64,000 nt of DNA from an uncultured virus (IMG/VR IMGVR_UViG_3300021431_000009) (taxonomy: Duplodnaviria; Heunggongvirae; Uroviricota; Caudoviricetes). The translations under genes were made by a program, and so were the position numbers. Position 1 is the first letter of the stretch, and every line of letters begins with the position of its first letter. Below are positions 19,703-28,669 of the stretch, one piece after another. The notes under the pieces are model-generated. The model worked only from the letters and a program-made list of their open reading frames with translations, was not told the DNA's origin and did not search any database. The stretch is from the IMG/VR virus record IMGVR_UViG_3300021431_000009. One strand, written 5' to 3'.

Positions 19703-20345
19703 TAAGAGTATTCCAGAGGAAGTTCTGAGTAATCCGAACACCTCTAAGTTCGTTTCACTCCTCGATGCGTTGCAGGAAAACAAGCAGGAGGTAATCGCTA
19801 CAGCAATGAGGGCGAACAATCCTATCTTGTGCAACAATAAAAGGTGGCTGATAAGATACCTTGCGGATTATGGTCTCATGGATGTTCCAGAGTGTCTTCC
19901 CTTGATGTGCTTACAACAGCTTGCTCTTAACGTAGATGCTATTTTCCGTATGAGAGGAAGTTTGGCGGGTCTGAAATTACTTTGTGAGGCATCCGTTCTT
20001 GGCAAGGCTACGATTAATACATCTAACTTTGCCAAGGTATTCGATTTCTTGTTACCTAACTCGAAATACGATGGTATCTTGACGGATAGCACAGATACTT
20101 CCCTACATAGGTTCCTCGTAGATAAATGGCCGGTAAATGCAGCAAGGTCTATTACCATTACCTTACAGAGTAAGGCATATTCTACCATGACTGCAAAAGA
20201 GAGAAGTGCTTTTGTTGCATGGCTCAAGAGTCAGATTGACAGCTTCTTGAGTTTCCATCCAAGATGCACGATAAATTTGACTTTCACGAACTATTCTGCG
20301 TATGTTTATCCACAAGATTTTAATAACTATTTCAAAAATACTTAG
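19692..20345 (+). CDS. Baseplate wedge / tail protein I-like
   Basis: FRMRGSLAGLKL motif; follows baseplate J. Confidence 0.65.
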   Translation: MRFSKSIPEEVLSNPNTSKFVSLLDALQENKQEVIATAMRANNPILCNNKRWLIRYLADYGLMDVPECLPLMCLQQLALNVDAIFRMRGSLAGLKLLCEASVLGKATINTSNFAKVFDFLLPNSKYDGILTDSTDTSLHRFLVDKWPVNAARSITITLQSKAYSTMTAKERSAFVAWLKSQIDSFLSFHPRCTINLTFTNYSAYVYPQDFNNYFKNT

Positions 20346-20349
20346 AATT

Positions 20350-21654
20350 ATGGCACAGATTGTAGCAAAAGCATTTGATGCAACCAAGAGGATAGTGCGA
20401 AGTGTATTCCTCGGTTCCCCGAATTTGTTCACCACAAGTGACGTGAACAGACAGATTGAGGCGTTTAAATATCAGCTTGACCAACTTGACGACAAGGTTG
20501 GTGTATTGTCGGATATGTCGTGGAGTATTAGTGACCTCGGTAGCAATAACTACCGGCTTACACCAACTTTTACGTATCTCAAGACCAAGGGCTGCGACTT
20601 TACTTCTATCGTTGCTGCCAATACTCTCGACGTGGATTTGGTAGCCAATACTCCTTTGTATATTTGTCTTTTTGGGCAGACTGAGACTGTCACTTACTCA
20701 GATGATGCTACCCATGAGGTTGCTGGCGCCAAGTTTGAGGATAACACTTCAAAGCCTGCCGCCAATCAGATTTGCTATAAGGCTTCGACTGTTCAGATCT
20801 CCACCACGACAACTCCAGAGAGTGCTGCAAATCTTATTGCGGTGTTGGCAGTTATGAACATGAACTCAGACCAAACCAACTACACCTTTAAGAAGAACAC
20901 GATTACAAATGAGCAGTCGGCTCTTCTTGCAGGTTCCGAACAGCTTGAATTTATCCAGCACATGCAAGATGCGGTACTCAAGGTGGGTGATTCTTTCAGC
21001 ACTGCTATCAATAAGGTTGCATCACAGATACACGATTTTGTTACACCTTTTAATTACTCCTTTAAGACTGTTTCTCAGTCGGATGTGTTACAATGGAGAA
21101 ATAACACAGTTTATAGCGCAAACAATGACGTTAGCGTAGAATTGATAAAGGGTTTCTTGATTCTTACAGTCAAGAAAGGGAATTGGGAATTTAGAGACAA
21201 GACCACTGACTTTATGCCAGAAGAGAGTGGCACTCAGATTGACCTGGGGTGTATCACAGACTCTGATATGGTTGCAGCTCTTAATACTTTTGCCTCAAAT
21301 AATCGTGGCACCAGTAACGAGATTGACTTCGGTATTTGTGGTTACACTCACAGAGATGGTGAGGGTGCCAGCGAGGACTCCAATGGTGGTTGGTCTTTGG
21401 TTAAACTTACCTTGAAGAAGCGGCAGCCTTATGTAGGAACTCTTAACCCTAACTATGAGTGGGATGTTTGGCTTGAGATGGTTAATATGATATGGCCCTC
21501 GCTGTATGCTCCAAATGACCAAGCGGCTATGGCTATTGATAATATTGAAGTTAAGATAAATAGTGGTGGATACTATTGGCCTGAAGCCAAAAATTCTTTT
21601 GTTGTTACTAAGGAGATAAATGTGTTCCCGCTGATTCCTTTCTTGCAGCAGTGA
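20350..21654 (+). CDS. Putative tail fibre / baseplate-attached protein
   Basis: Last gene of the tail module, beta-rich; ATG at 20350 preferred. Confidence 0.55.
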   Translation: MAQIVAKAFDATKRIVRSVFLGSPNLFTTSDVNRQIEAFKYQLDQLDDKVGVLSDMSWSISDLGSNNYRLTPTFTYLKTKGCDFTSIVAANTLDVDLVANTPLYICLFGQTETVTYSDDATHEVAGAKFEDNTSKPAANQICYKASTVQISTTTTPESAANLIAVLAVMNMNSDQTNYTFKKNTITNEQSALLAGSEQLEFIQHMQDAVLKVGDSFSTAINKVASQIHDFVTPFNYSFKTVSQSDVLQWRNNTVYSANNDVSVELIKGFLILTVKKGNWEFRDKTTDFMPEESGTQIDLGCITDSDMVAALNTFASNNRGTSNEIDFGICGYTHRDGEGASEDSNGGWSLVKLTLKKRQPYVGTLNPNYEWDVWLEMVNMIWPSLYAPNDQAAMAIDNIEVKINSGGYYWPEAKNSFVVTKEINVFPLIPFLQQ

Positions 21655-21682
21655 CCCACTTGAGGTAGGTTTTGAGCGTGAT

Positions 21683-21713
21683 TTTGAGAATTAAAAACTT
21701 TGTTGTATATTTG
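21683..21713 (+). promoter_or_regulatory. Bacteroidota-type promoter
   Basis: GAGCGTGAT-TTTG-N19-TATATTTG. Confidence 0.75.
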
Positions 21714-21735
21714 TTCATCAAATTAAATTTGTGTG

Positions 21736-21769
21736 AAAGTCGGTGATTTTGCGATTGCCGACTTTTATT
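21736..21769 (+). terminator. Rho-independent terminator
   Basis: AAAGTCGGTGAT/ATTGCCGACTTT stem followed by TATT. Confidence 0.75.
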
Positions 21770-21840
21770 AGGCCCAAGAACTTCATGGCCAAATATATTA
21801 TAATATAATTATATAAAGGTTTAATTAGATAGTAGAATAT

Positions 21841-23391
21841 ATGATTATTGGAAGTAACATTGAGGCGACCGAGAGGGAGATACTTGACAAAGGTGTCACT
21901 CTTGAGACACTTACAGAGGACTTGACCTTACCCAATCCAGAGTATGCGGCTGTTGCACGTTTCGGGAAGGGAAAGTTCTATCGTAAGATTCCAACACACA
22001 TTTGTTATCTGAAAAAGGTTGACGGGTACTACATTATCCCGCGTTACTACTTTGGTGAGCCAGAAGGTGAATGGGGCAATAAAGGCAGAACTCTTACATC
22101 GGAACATCATATCAAGCTCCGTGATTATCAGGAGGAGTTCTTCAATAATAATGCGCTTACGATTTCCAGTACTACGGGTATCTTAATGGAGGCTCCCTGC
22201 GGGCATGGTAAAACTCTTATGGGTGTTTACCTTTCCTATCTTCGTGGAGTGCAGACACTCATTGTGGTTCCGACGTATTATCTTGCTAAACAATGGAAAC
22301 AGCGCATTGAGGAATTTACTACGGCTTCATGTGTTGTTATCACAAGTAAAGATACTGAGATTCCTACTGATATGGATTTTACGGTTATCGTGGCTGACTT
22401 GTTTACTTGTAGGGTTTTGCCGGATGAGCTGATTAGCAATGTGGGCCATGTTATCCTTGATGAAGCGCATCGTATGGGTGCAGAAACATATCTTCCTATT
22501 CTTGATGAATTACCAGCGCGTTATCGTACAGCGTTGACAGCTACATTCCGTAGAGCAGATGGGGTTCATCGTATTCTTAAATATCATTTCGGTGAGCACA
22601 TCAAGATGACCAATCGTTTTCCAAGGCCATTTGTTTACGGAGTGAAAACATCTGTTGTGTTGCAGGGAGTGGTTACTAAGAACAAGCCCCATTCTGCCTT
22701 TCTTGAATTTATGGAGGAACACTACAAGGGTTTCTACAAGTTGCATGAGACCAAGAGTGCGATTGCTTATGATTCCAAGGAAAACGGAAAACTTAAAGGC
22801 ATTCTTGATGCACTTTTGAAAAAGAAGCAGATAACCAAAAAGGCTTATGCCGAGGTTCGTTCTTGCTTGAAACGTGGCGAGGAAATGGCGTATGCAACGG
22901 TTGAATCTTACATTAACGACCATTCTGCAAGGCGCAAAGAGGTAATCAATATCATCGAGGAATGTATGAAGGCTGGTAGAACGGTCTTGTTCCTTTCCAA
23001 GAGAAAAGACACTCTCAAATCTTTGTATTCTTACTTTGAGAAGTACAGGCCCATGCTTATTGTGAGCGAGACCAATACTCGTTCCGAGGAAGATGAAGAA
23101 TACTTGCAGACGAAATGTCCACTTATCTTTGGAGTCAATCAATTGGCTAAAGAGGGTTTGGATATTGACCGCCTTGATACTCTGATTATTCATTTGCCAA
23201 TGGCTGATACGGAACAGGCTATTGGTAGAATATCACGTTTGTGCGATGGTAAGAAGCAGCCAATTGCCTTGTACCTTGTGGATAAATGTCCGCTTACTTA
23301 TGCGACTTTCTCCAAGGCTAAGAAAACCTTTGCAATAAACGCTGATTATAAAGGCGATATAACTACAACAATGGTAAAAGATATTTTGTAA
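21841..23391 (+). CDS. Superfamily 2 DNA helicase (UvsW/XPB-like)
   Basis: LRDYQ, APCGHGKT, ILDEAH, LTAT, EGLDI, QAIGRISR motifs. Confidence 0.9.
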   Translation: MIIGSNIEATEREILDKGVTLETLTEDLTLPNPEYAAVARFGKGKFYRKIPTHICYLKKVDGYYIIPRYYFGEPEGEWGNKGRTLTSEHHIKLRDYQEEFFNNNALTISSTTGILMEAPCGHGKTLMGVYLSYLRGVQTLIVVPTYYLAKQWKQRIEEFTTASCVVITSKDTEIPTDMDFTVIVADLFTCRVLPDELISNVGHVILDEAHRMGAETYLPILDELPARYRTALTATFRRADGVHRILKYHFGEHIKMTNRFPRPFVYGVKTSVVLQGVVTKNKPHSAFLEFMEEHYKGFYKLHETKSAIAYDSKENGKLKGILDALLKKKQITKKAYAEVRSCLKRGEEMAYATVESYINDHSARRKEVINIIEECMKAGRTVLFLSKRKDTLKSLYSYFEKYRPMLIVSETNTRSEEDEEYLQTKCPLIFGVNQLAKEGLDIDRLDTLIIHLPMADTEQAIGRISRLCDGKKQPIALYLVDKCPLTYATFSKAKKTFAINADYKGDITTTMVKDIL

Positions 23392-23873
23392 TGGCACAGA
23401 GATACTCCTCTCTTGACGAGGTTATAAAGGCCCATAATCTTACTAAAGACAGTCAGATGTCACCAGAGGCGGTGAAATATTGGGCTAAGATGGCAATGGT
23501 TACCAACAGCCTTGCCTATATTCTTGCTGATGCAGCAGAATCATTCCTTATGGATTGTGATGAAGCTCTTGGTAAGTTCGATAAAAATTTGGTGCAGAAG
23601 ACCAAGCAGAACTTCAAAGACCTACATAGATGCGTGGTCGCTGCAAGAGCGGCTGCAAAGAAAGCAGCTTCTCCTATCTACGAAACTACAAGTGGTTTTA
23701 CGGACGATGCTTGCATAGACTCTGATTGGTGGTACAATTTTGTGAAGCTCCTTGATGATAGGGTTGGAGTGAATCCACAAAAGACACAGATGCTCTTGGA
23801 GTTCTTATTGCAGATGCCCTCAGAGGGTGATGGACTCTTCAATCCTAAATATGAGGACTTCGTTTCTAAATAG
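23391..23873 (+). CDS. Hypothetical protein
   Basis: 160 aa, TAATG-coupled to helicase. Confidence 0.6.
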   Translation: MAQRYSSLDEVIKAHNLTKDSQMSPEAVKYWAKMAMVTNSLAYILADAAESFLMDCDEALGKFDKNLVQKTKQNFKDLHRCVVAARAAAKKAASPIYETTSGFTDDACIDSDWWYNFVKLLDDRVGVNPQKTQMLLEFLLQMPSEGDGLFNPKYEDFVSK

Positions 23874-23901
23874 TTATCTTTATAAAGAAACATGAGCATG
23901 A

Positions 23902-23933
23902 TTTGGCGAATTAAATAATTATCCCTATATTTG
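23902..23933 (+). promoter_or_regulatory. Bacteroidota-type promoter
   Basis: GAGCATGA-TTTG-N20-TATATTTG. Confidence 0.8.
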
Positions 23934-23953
23934 CAACATCAAATTTAAATAAC

Positions 23954-24169
23954 ATGGTACTAATAGGAATTTTTCGTGAACTCAGCAAGCTGGTAATGTT
24001 TACAGCTATTTGGGGTCTTCCTCTCTATCTTTCAAGAGTAACCGGCTCTTATGGTTACTTGTGGCTCTTCATTCTGAGCGTTCTATTCACTATTGGAATG
24101 TTCTCTCACTATGAAGACCTTGAAAAAATCGACAGGATTAATGAACTAAAGAAACTGAAAGATGAGTAA
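23954..24169 (+). CDS. Small membrane protein
   Basis: 71 aa, two hydrophobic segments. Confidence 0.6.
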   Translation: MVLIGIFRELSKLVMFTAIWGLPLYLSRVTGSYGYLWLFILSVLFTIGMFSHYEDLEKIDRINELKKLKDE

Positions 24170-24797
24170 GAGTGAATCTGAAGCTCGCAGAATACGTCGC
24201 AGGTATAAGACACTTGCACGTAAGGGCCGTGTACGTGAGGAGAAAGAACAAATGTACGCTGACAACAAAGGTCAGTTATACAAATACAAGTTCATCGCGC
24301 GTATATCCTCTTTTTATAATATAGTAGTTGGGTGCTTACATAATGGATTCCCTATCACAGTTCCTCATTTGTGGTATAATGCTTGGGCAGTATGGCCTTT
24401 CTTCTTTGTCCGTAAGAACTTGGATATGAAAGACCCCCTCCCCACACTTAACCATGAGAGGATTCATGTACGTCAGCAATGGGATATAATGGTTACGTTT
24501 GCTCCCTTGATTTTGGCTCTGTGCATTTACATGGAGATTAAGGGCATGGCTCCGTACCCACTAATAGTAATTCCTTTTCTGCCTACGCTATTCTATGGTG
24601 CGGCAATGGTGCAGTCCTTTATAAACCTAAAAAGGCGTGGAGAAGAAATCACGTTCAATGAAGTTCGTGCGAACACTTGCTTTGAGAGAGAATCAATTAG
24701 TAAGTCACTCAACTATGATTATTTGCACACCCGAAAATTTTGGGCGGTGCTTGCTTATACAGGTATCAAACTTTTTAAAAATTACGGAATAAAATGA
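24162..24797 (+). CDS. Membrane protein with HExxH zincin-like motif
   Basis: LNHERIHVRQQ and CFERES; paralog of 35362..35751. Confidence 0.65.
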   Translation: MSKSESEARRIRRRYKTLARKGRVREEKEQMYADNKGQLYKYKFIARISSFYNIVVGCLHNGFPITVPHLWYNAWAVWPFFFVRKNLDMKDPLPTLNHERIHVRQQWDIMVTFAPLILALCIYMEIKGMAPYPLIVIPFLPTLFYGAAMVQSFINLKRRGEEITFNEVRANTCFERESISKSLNYDYLHTRKFWAVLAYTGIKLFKNYGIK

Positions 24798-24865
24798 CAG
24801 CGACACAGATTGTTATTGCTATTGTAGTAATCGCTTTTGTTATTTTCGTTTGGAAAACAAAATAG
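24794..24865 (+). CDS. 23-aa single-TM micro-protein
   Basis: MTATQIVIAIVVIAFVIFVWKTK*; ATGA overlap with the upstream gene. Confidence 0.45.
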   Translation: MTATQIVIAIVVIAFVIFVWKTK

Positions 24866-24869
24866 TGTT

Positions 24870-25118
24870 ATGGCAAAGTTATTGTTTGACGAGAGTACTC
24901 CAAGAGAACAATATGAGGAGTTGTATAAACTTGGTGAGGGACAGTTGTTCAAGGTAAATGCTGCTGACTATGAAACGGTCATGCAACGTATTGAGGACTA
25001 CAAACCCACTGAGGGTGAGTTTGAGGTGTTTCCAGTTAATCCGGGTACAGACACCTACTCTCTTACAGGCCCCGACCATTGTGTGATTGTCAAGAATACT
25101 CTTAATGTAACAGACTGA
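24870..25118 (+). CDS. Hypothetical protein
   Basis: ATG at 24870, acidic 82 aa. Confidence 0.55.
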   Translation: MAKLLFDESTPREQYEELYKLGEGQLFKVNAADYETVMQRIEDYKPTEGEFEVFPVNPGTDTYSLTGPDHCVIVKNTLNVTD

Positions 25119-25130
25119 TAATCAGCGTGA

Positions 25131-25162
25131 TTTGGAGATTTCAAAATAATATATTATATTTG
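25131..25162 (+). promoter_or_regulatory. Bacteroidota-type promoter
   Basis: CAGCGTGA-TTTG-N20-TATATTTG. Confidence 0.8.
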
Positions 25163-25237
25163 TATTGTTCAAAAATTAACCCAATCCCACAACTTAATGG
25201 GTGCGGACATTATTAATCTTTTAATATTTATAAAATT

Positions 25238-26194
25238 ATGGTAATCGGAAAAATTAAGCCGACAGCTACAATCGTAGCACAATTCGCAGCAGGTGTTGAA
25301 GTAGAAGCTATTCAGCACGAAGGTAAAATGTATCTTCCCGTAGTTGGTATGGGTGAGTTTGCAACCAAGGACACAGGTGCTCCTGCACGTACTGCTGAGC
25401 CAGAGGTTCCTGCATCTAAGGGCGGTGACAAGAAACCTGCCAAGGGTGAAACTAAGGACGAGGCTGCAAAGACCTACACTGAGGACGAGCTGATGGAAAT
25501 GGAGACCAAGGAACTCCTCAAGCTGTGCAAGTCTATGGGTATTGACCCCGACGAGACTGAGGGCAAGAACACTAACAAGAAGCTCCGCAAACTGATTCTC
25601 GCTGCACAGGAAGACGGCGGTGACGATGACAAGAAGGACGACAAGGACGATGAGGATGACGACGAGTTGACCTCTCAGGTTGCTGACATCCTTGAGGACT
25701 TCGACGGTGGTAAGAAGAACAAGAAGAAGACCATCGCTGCTATCTGTGACCTCGCTGATGATGCCGACAAGGACGCTATCACTGAACTTGTTGAGAAGTT
25801 CGAGGACGACGCTGATGCTGACATCGACGCTACGGCTTCTAAGATTGCTGCCGTTCTGAACGGTGAGGAACCCGAAGAGGACGACGAGGAACCCAAGAAG
25901 GGTAAGAAGTCTGCCAAGAAGGACGATGATGACGAAGACGAGGACGAGGATGACAAGCCTGCCAAGAAAGGTAAGGGCAAGAAGTCCAAGAAGGATGAAG
26001 ACCTCGTAGCCGTTGAGGACCTTGAGGTAGGTGACCGTGTATCAGTATGGTGGGACGATGACAACCAAGACTGGTTCGATGGTGAGGTGAAGTCAATCTC
26101 TAAGAAGGGTAAGGTTGTGATTGCCTATGACGACGACACCGAGGACGCTATTGACCCAGAGGTTCACACTAAGATTAAGCGCATTGAGGACTAA
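25238..26194 (+). CDS. Highly acidic protein with Rho-N/HeH-like helix pair and C-terminal Tudor/SH3-like domain
   Basis: YTEDELMEMETKELLKLCKSMGI; D/E/K tracts; LEVGDRVSVWWDDDNQDWFDGEVKSISKKGKVVIAYDD; own promoter and terminator. Confidence 0.6.
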   Translation: MVIGKIKPTATIVAQFAAGVEVEAIQHEGKMYLPVVGMGEFATKDTGAPARTAEPEVPASKGGDKKPAKGETKDEAAKTYTEDELMEMETKELLKLCKSMGIDPDETEGKNTNKKLRKLILAAQEDGGDDDKKDDKDDEDDDELTSQVADILEDFDGGKKNKKKTIAAICDLADDADKDAITELVEKFEDDADADIDATASKIAAVLNGEEPEEDDEEPKKGKKSAKKDDDDEDEDEDDKPAKKGKGKKSKKDEDLVAVEDLEVGDRVSVWWDDDNQDWFDGEVKSISKKGKVVIAYDDDTEDAIDPEVHTKIKRIED

Positions 26195-26217
26195 TCTCCG
26201 ATTACCGGCGCAAATGT

Positions 26218-26250
26218 GAGGGTCGGGAGAAATCTCGGCCCTCTTTTGTT
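26218..26250 (+). terminator. Rho-independent terminator
   Basis: GAGGGTCGGGA/TCTCGGCCCTC followed by TTTTGTTT. Confidence 0.8.
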
Positions 26251-26275
26251 TATTATTCTAATAAAGGTTACTATT

Positions 26276-26719
26276 ATGCCAAAAGCAAAGAAATCAGCAA
26301 CTCCCCTTGACAATGAGCAGTTAGCTTTACAGGGACTTGAGTTCTACAATAAGAAAGCTGCAATCAAGGAATTGGAGGGTCAATGTAAAGTGATTCGTCA
26401 GCCTCTTGAAGACGCGGTTATGTCAGGCGGTCGTGAAACTGACAAGGGCAGTAAGGTTCTTGTTATTCCCTTTGCCGATAAGGACGTACATCTTAAAGAA
26501 ACATTGCGTGTGGGTAAGGTTCTTCTTCCCGAAGCGATTGATGTTCTTAAAGAGAATGGTCTTGAAGAGTGCATAGAGAATGTTCCAACGGTACGTGAGG
26601 ATGTTCTTGAACGTCTTTATGATGCAGGAAAGGTCTCTGACGAGGTTCTCAAGAAAATCTATGCCGAGAAATCTTCTTATGCGTTTAGTGTTGATGTAAA
26701 AGACCGAATGGATGTTTAA
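26276..26719 (+). CDS. Hypothetical protein
   Basis: 147 aa from ATG 26276; track start lies inside the terminator. Confidence 0.55.
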   Translation: MPKAKKSATPLDNEQLALQGLEFYNKKAAIKELEGQCKVIRQPLEDAVMSGGRETDKGSKVLVIPFADKDVHLKETLRVGKVLLPEAIDVLKENGLEECIENVPTVREDVLERLYDAGKVSDEVLKKIYAEKSSYAFSVDVKDRMDV

Positions 26720-27032
26720 GAAGAAAAACGTCAAGGTACTTAAAGTCGGTGACAGGCTCGTGGAGTGCTGCACTATCAAGGGCCTGGCCGACATTTTAGG
26801 TAAGTCACGAGACACAATTTCTCGTTATGAGACACTTGGCTATTTTCCTTTGGCTCCATTGCGTGTTGGTTCATACAGGTATTACCCAGTAACATTGGCT
26901 AACAGGCTAAAGCCGATTGTAGCTAAGTTTCCTATCAATAAACCACCAAGCGCAAATTTGCGTGTGGAAGTAAACAGAATATTTAACGAAGAAAGGAATA
27001 AATTATGCCAGCAGGAAAGAAATCCACAGTAA
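26712..27032 (+). CDS. MerR/excisionase-like HTH DNA-binding protein
   Basis: TIKGLADILGKSRDTISRYETLGYFP...GSYRYY. Confidence 0.8.
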   Translation: MFKKKNVKVLKVGDRLVECCTIKGLADILGKSRDTISRYETLGYFPLAPLRVGSYRYYPVTLANRLKPIVAKFPINKPPSANLRVEVNRIFNEERNKLCQQERNPQ

Positions 27033-27262
27033 GAGATACAGTAGAGGAACTCCGTAATGGCGGTTGTACTATCTACTATGAGAAATCCGTAACCAAGAAT
27101 ATGGGCAACTATGAAAGTGCAAAGGTTACAGTTGGTGTTACTTTGCCTATTTGCCCGACGAAAGCGGAAATTGCAGAAGTTCAGGAGACTATCGAGACGG
27201 CTGATGAAATTGTCACAAAGGAACTTGAAGTTCAGTTGAAGGAACTGTTAGACGCTAAGTAA
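27005..27262 (+). CDS. Hypothetical protein
   Basis: TKNMGNYESAKVTVG motif common in phage replication modules. Confidence 0.55.
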   Translation: MPAGKKSTVRDTVEELRNGGCTIYYEKSVTKNMGNYESAKVTVGVTLPICPTKAEIAEVQETIETADEIVTKELEVQLKELLDAK

Positions 27263-27263
27263 T

Positions 27264-28046
27264 ATGAATGTACTCTTGAGGCTAAAGAAGGATATGGTCA
27301 TTACGGGCCTTGTACCATTCAGGTACTTGCTCTACACGGCTCTTTTATCCGATGTCGTAGCGTATGATTCCGAGAGTGAGGGAATACGTTATGGTGTTTT
27401 TAGAGGTGAGCAGGACGACTTGTATGACCGCTTCTCTGATTGGACTTCTTCTGATGAAAGAAGAGACGAGGTTTACAAGGCCCTTAATGACTTATCGGAT
27501 GAAGGTCTCATATTCTTTGACGAGGAGGACAGAATCTACTTAGGTGAATTTCGCGGCAAGAAGTTCTTTACTTTCGAGGTCAAGAGTTCCATGTATGATG
27601 AAGCCTATAAGTTGTATGAAGAGGAACTGAAACGTTATGGCTCCTCTCATTCAGCCAAGGATAAGTCTCGTGCAAGGTACATTCGTGAGCGAGTGAACAA
27701 GCTTCTTGTTAATGGTGTTGAAGAATTGAGACCAAGTGACTTTACGGAGTTACACGGGTATTTATATGAAATTTATACCGGCGGAGAAATATACGTTATC
27801 AGAAGTAAGGCAGAACATTTCCAGACAACCAATATGCTCAAGGCGTATGACAGGTTTACGGTTTTTGCTATTTTGGTAGAGGGAACTTTGCACTATGACA
27901 AGTACAAGAAAGTGGGTGTTCCTACTCTTACTAATGTGGCGGTAAAGAAAGACGATATATTCCATGCACTATCTAAGGCAGGTGAGGGCAGTAAGGATTA
28001 TATGCGTGATATATCAAAGGCGGTAGATGAAAATTCAGAGTTCTAA
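27264..28046 (+). CDS. Putative replication initiator (winged-helix)
   Basis: wHTH-like EVYKALNDLSDEGLIF; directly upstream of DnaC-like loader. Confidence 0.45.
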   Translation: MNVLLRLKKDMVITGLVPFRYLLYTALLSDVVAYDSESEGIRYGVFRGEQDDLYDRFSDWTSSDERRDEVYKALNDLSDEGLIFFDEEDRIYLGEFRGKKFFTFEVKSSMYDEAYKLYEEELKRYGSSHSAKDKSRARYIRERVNKLLVNGVEELRPSDFTELHGYLYEIYTGGEIYVIRSKAEHFQTTNMLKAYDRFTVFAILVEGTLHYDKYKKVGVPTLTNVAVKKDDIFHALSKAGEGSKDYMRDISKAVDENSEF

Positions 28047-28669
28047 TGGATGCAAAGACAACAGAGTATCTACTATATTGTGGTATAAAGGTGGGGTGGC
28101 ATGATAAGACGCTCCGTGATTTTACCAATGACCCCGAAGCACTTGAGGCGGTTAAGAAGTATCTGAAAATTGCCGGTGAAATGTGTCAGAAGGGTATAGG
28201 TATCTATTTATGGGGCAGTAATGGCACAGGTAAATCCCACCTTATGAATTGTTCGTTCAAGAAGTTAATTGCAGATAACTACAAGTGTCGAATCTACTCG
28301 ATGGATGAAATCGTGGACAAGTTTACTTCTTCATGGTATTCAGACGAGGAGAAACAGGACTTGAATAATGTTCTCCGTAATATTGACTTTCTTGGAATTG
28401 ACGAGTTTGGTAAAAACGTTGATGCAGAGGGAAAGCCTGTATATCTTCCAGATCTTGTTAAGCGCGTAATGGAATCTGTTATCCGTTATCGTGTTCAGAT
28501 GAATAAGCCAATATGGTTTGCATCCAATACGGACCCGAAGTTTGTCAAGGATGTGTTTTCTGAGGACACAGCATCTTTGTTACGTGAGGCGGTTGTTCCT
28601 ATATGTGTAAGAGGAGAAGATTTCCGAAGAGAGATTCAACGTAAAAACAAAAAGCGATTCTTGAAATGA
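28046..28669 (+). CDS. DnaC/IstB-like helicase loader ATPase
   Basis: GIYLWGSNGTGKSHL Walker A, LGIDEFG Walker B, ASN, GEDFR. Confidence 0.85.
   Translation: MDAKTTEYLLYCGIKVGWHDKTLRDFTNDPEALEAVKKYLKIAGEMCQKGIGIYLWGSNGTGKSHLMNCSFKKLIADNYKCRIYSMDEIVDKFTSSWYSDEEKQDLNNVLRNIDFLGIDEFGKNVDAEGKPVYLPDLVKRVMESVIRYRVQMNKPIWFASNTDPKFVKDVFSEDTASLLREAVVPICVRGEDFRREIQRKNKKRFLK

Noticed and set aside
25600..26000. GAC/GAT/AAG-rich repeat-like DNA
   Set aside because: Explained by the low-complexity D/E/K protein sequence; not a discrete DNA repeat
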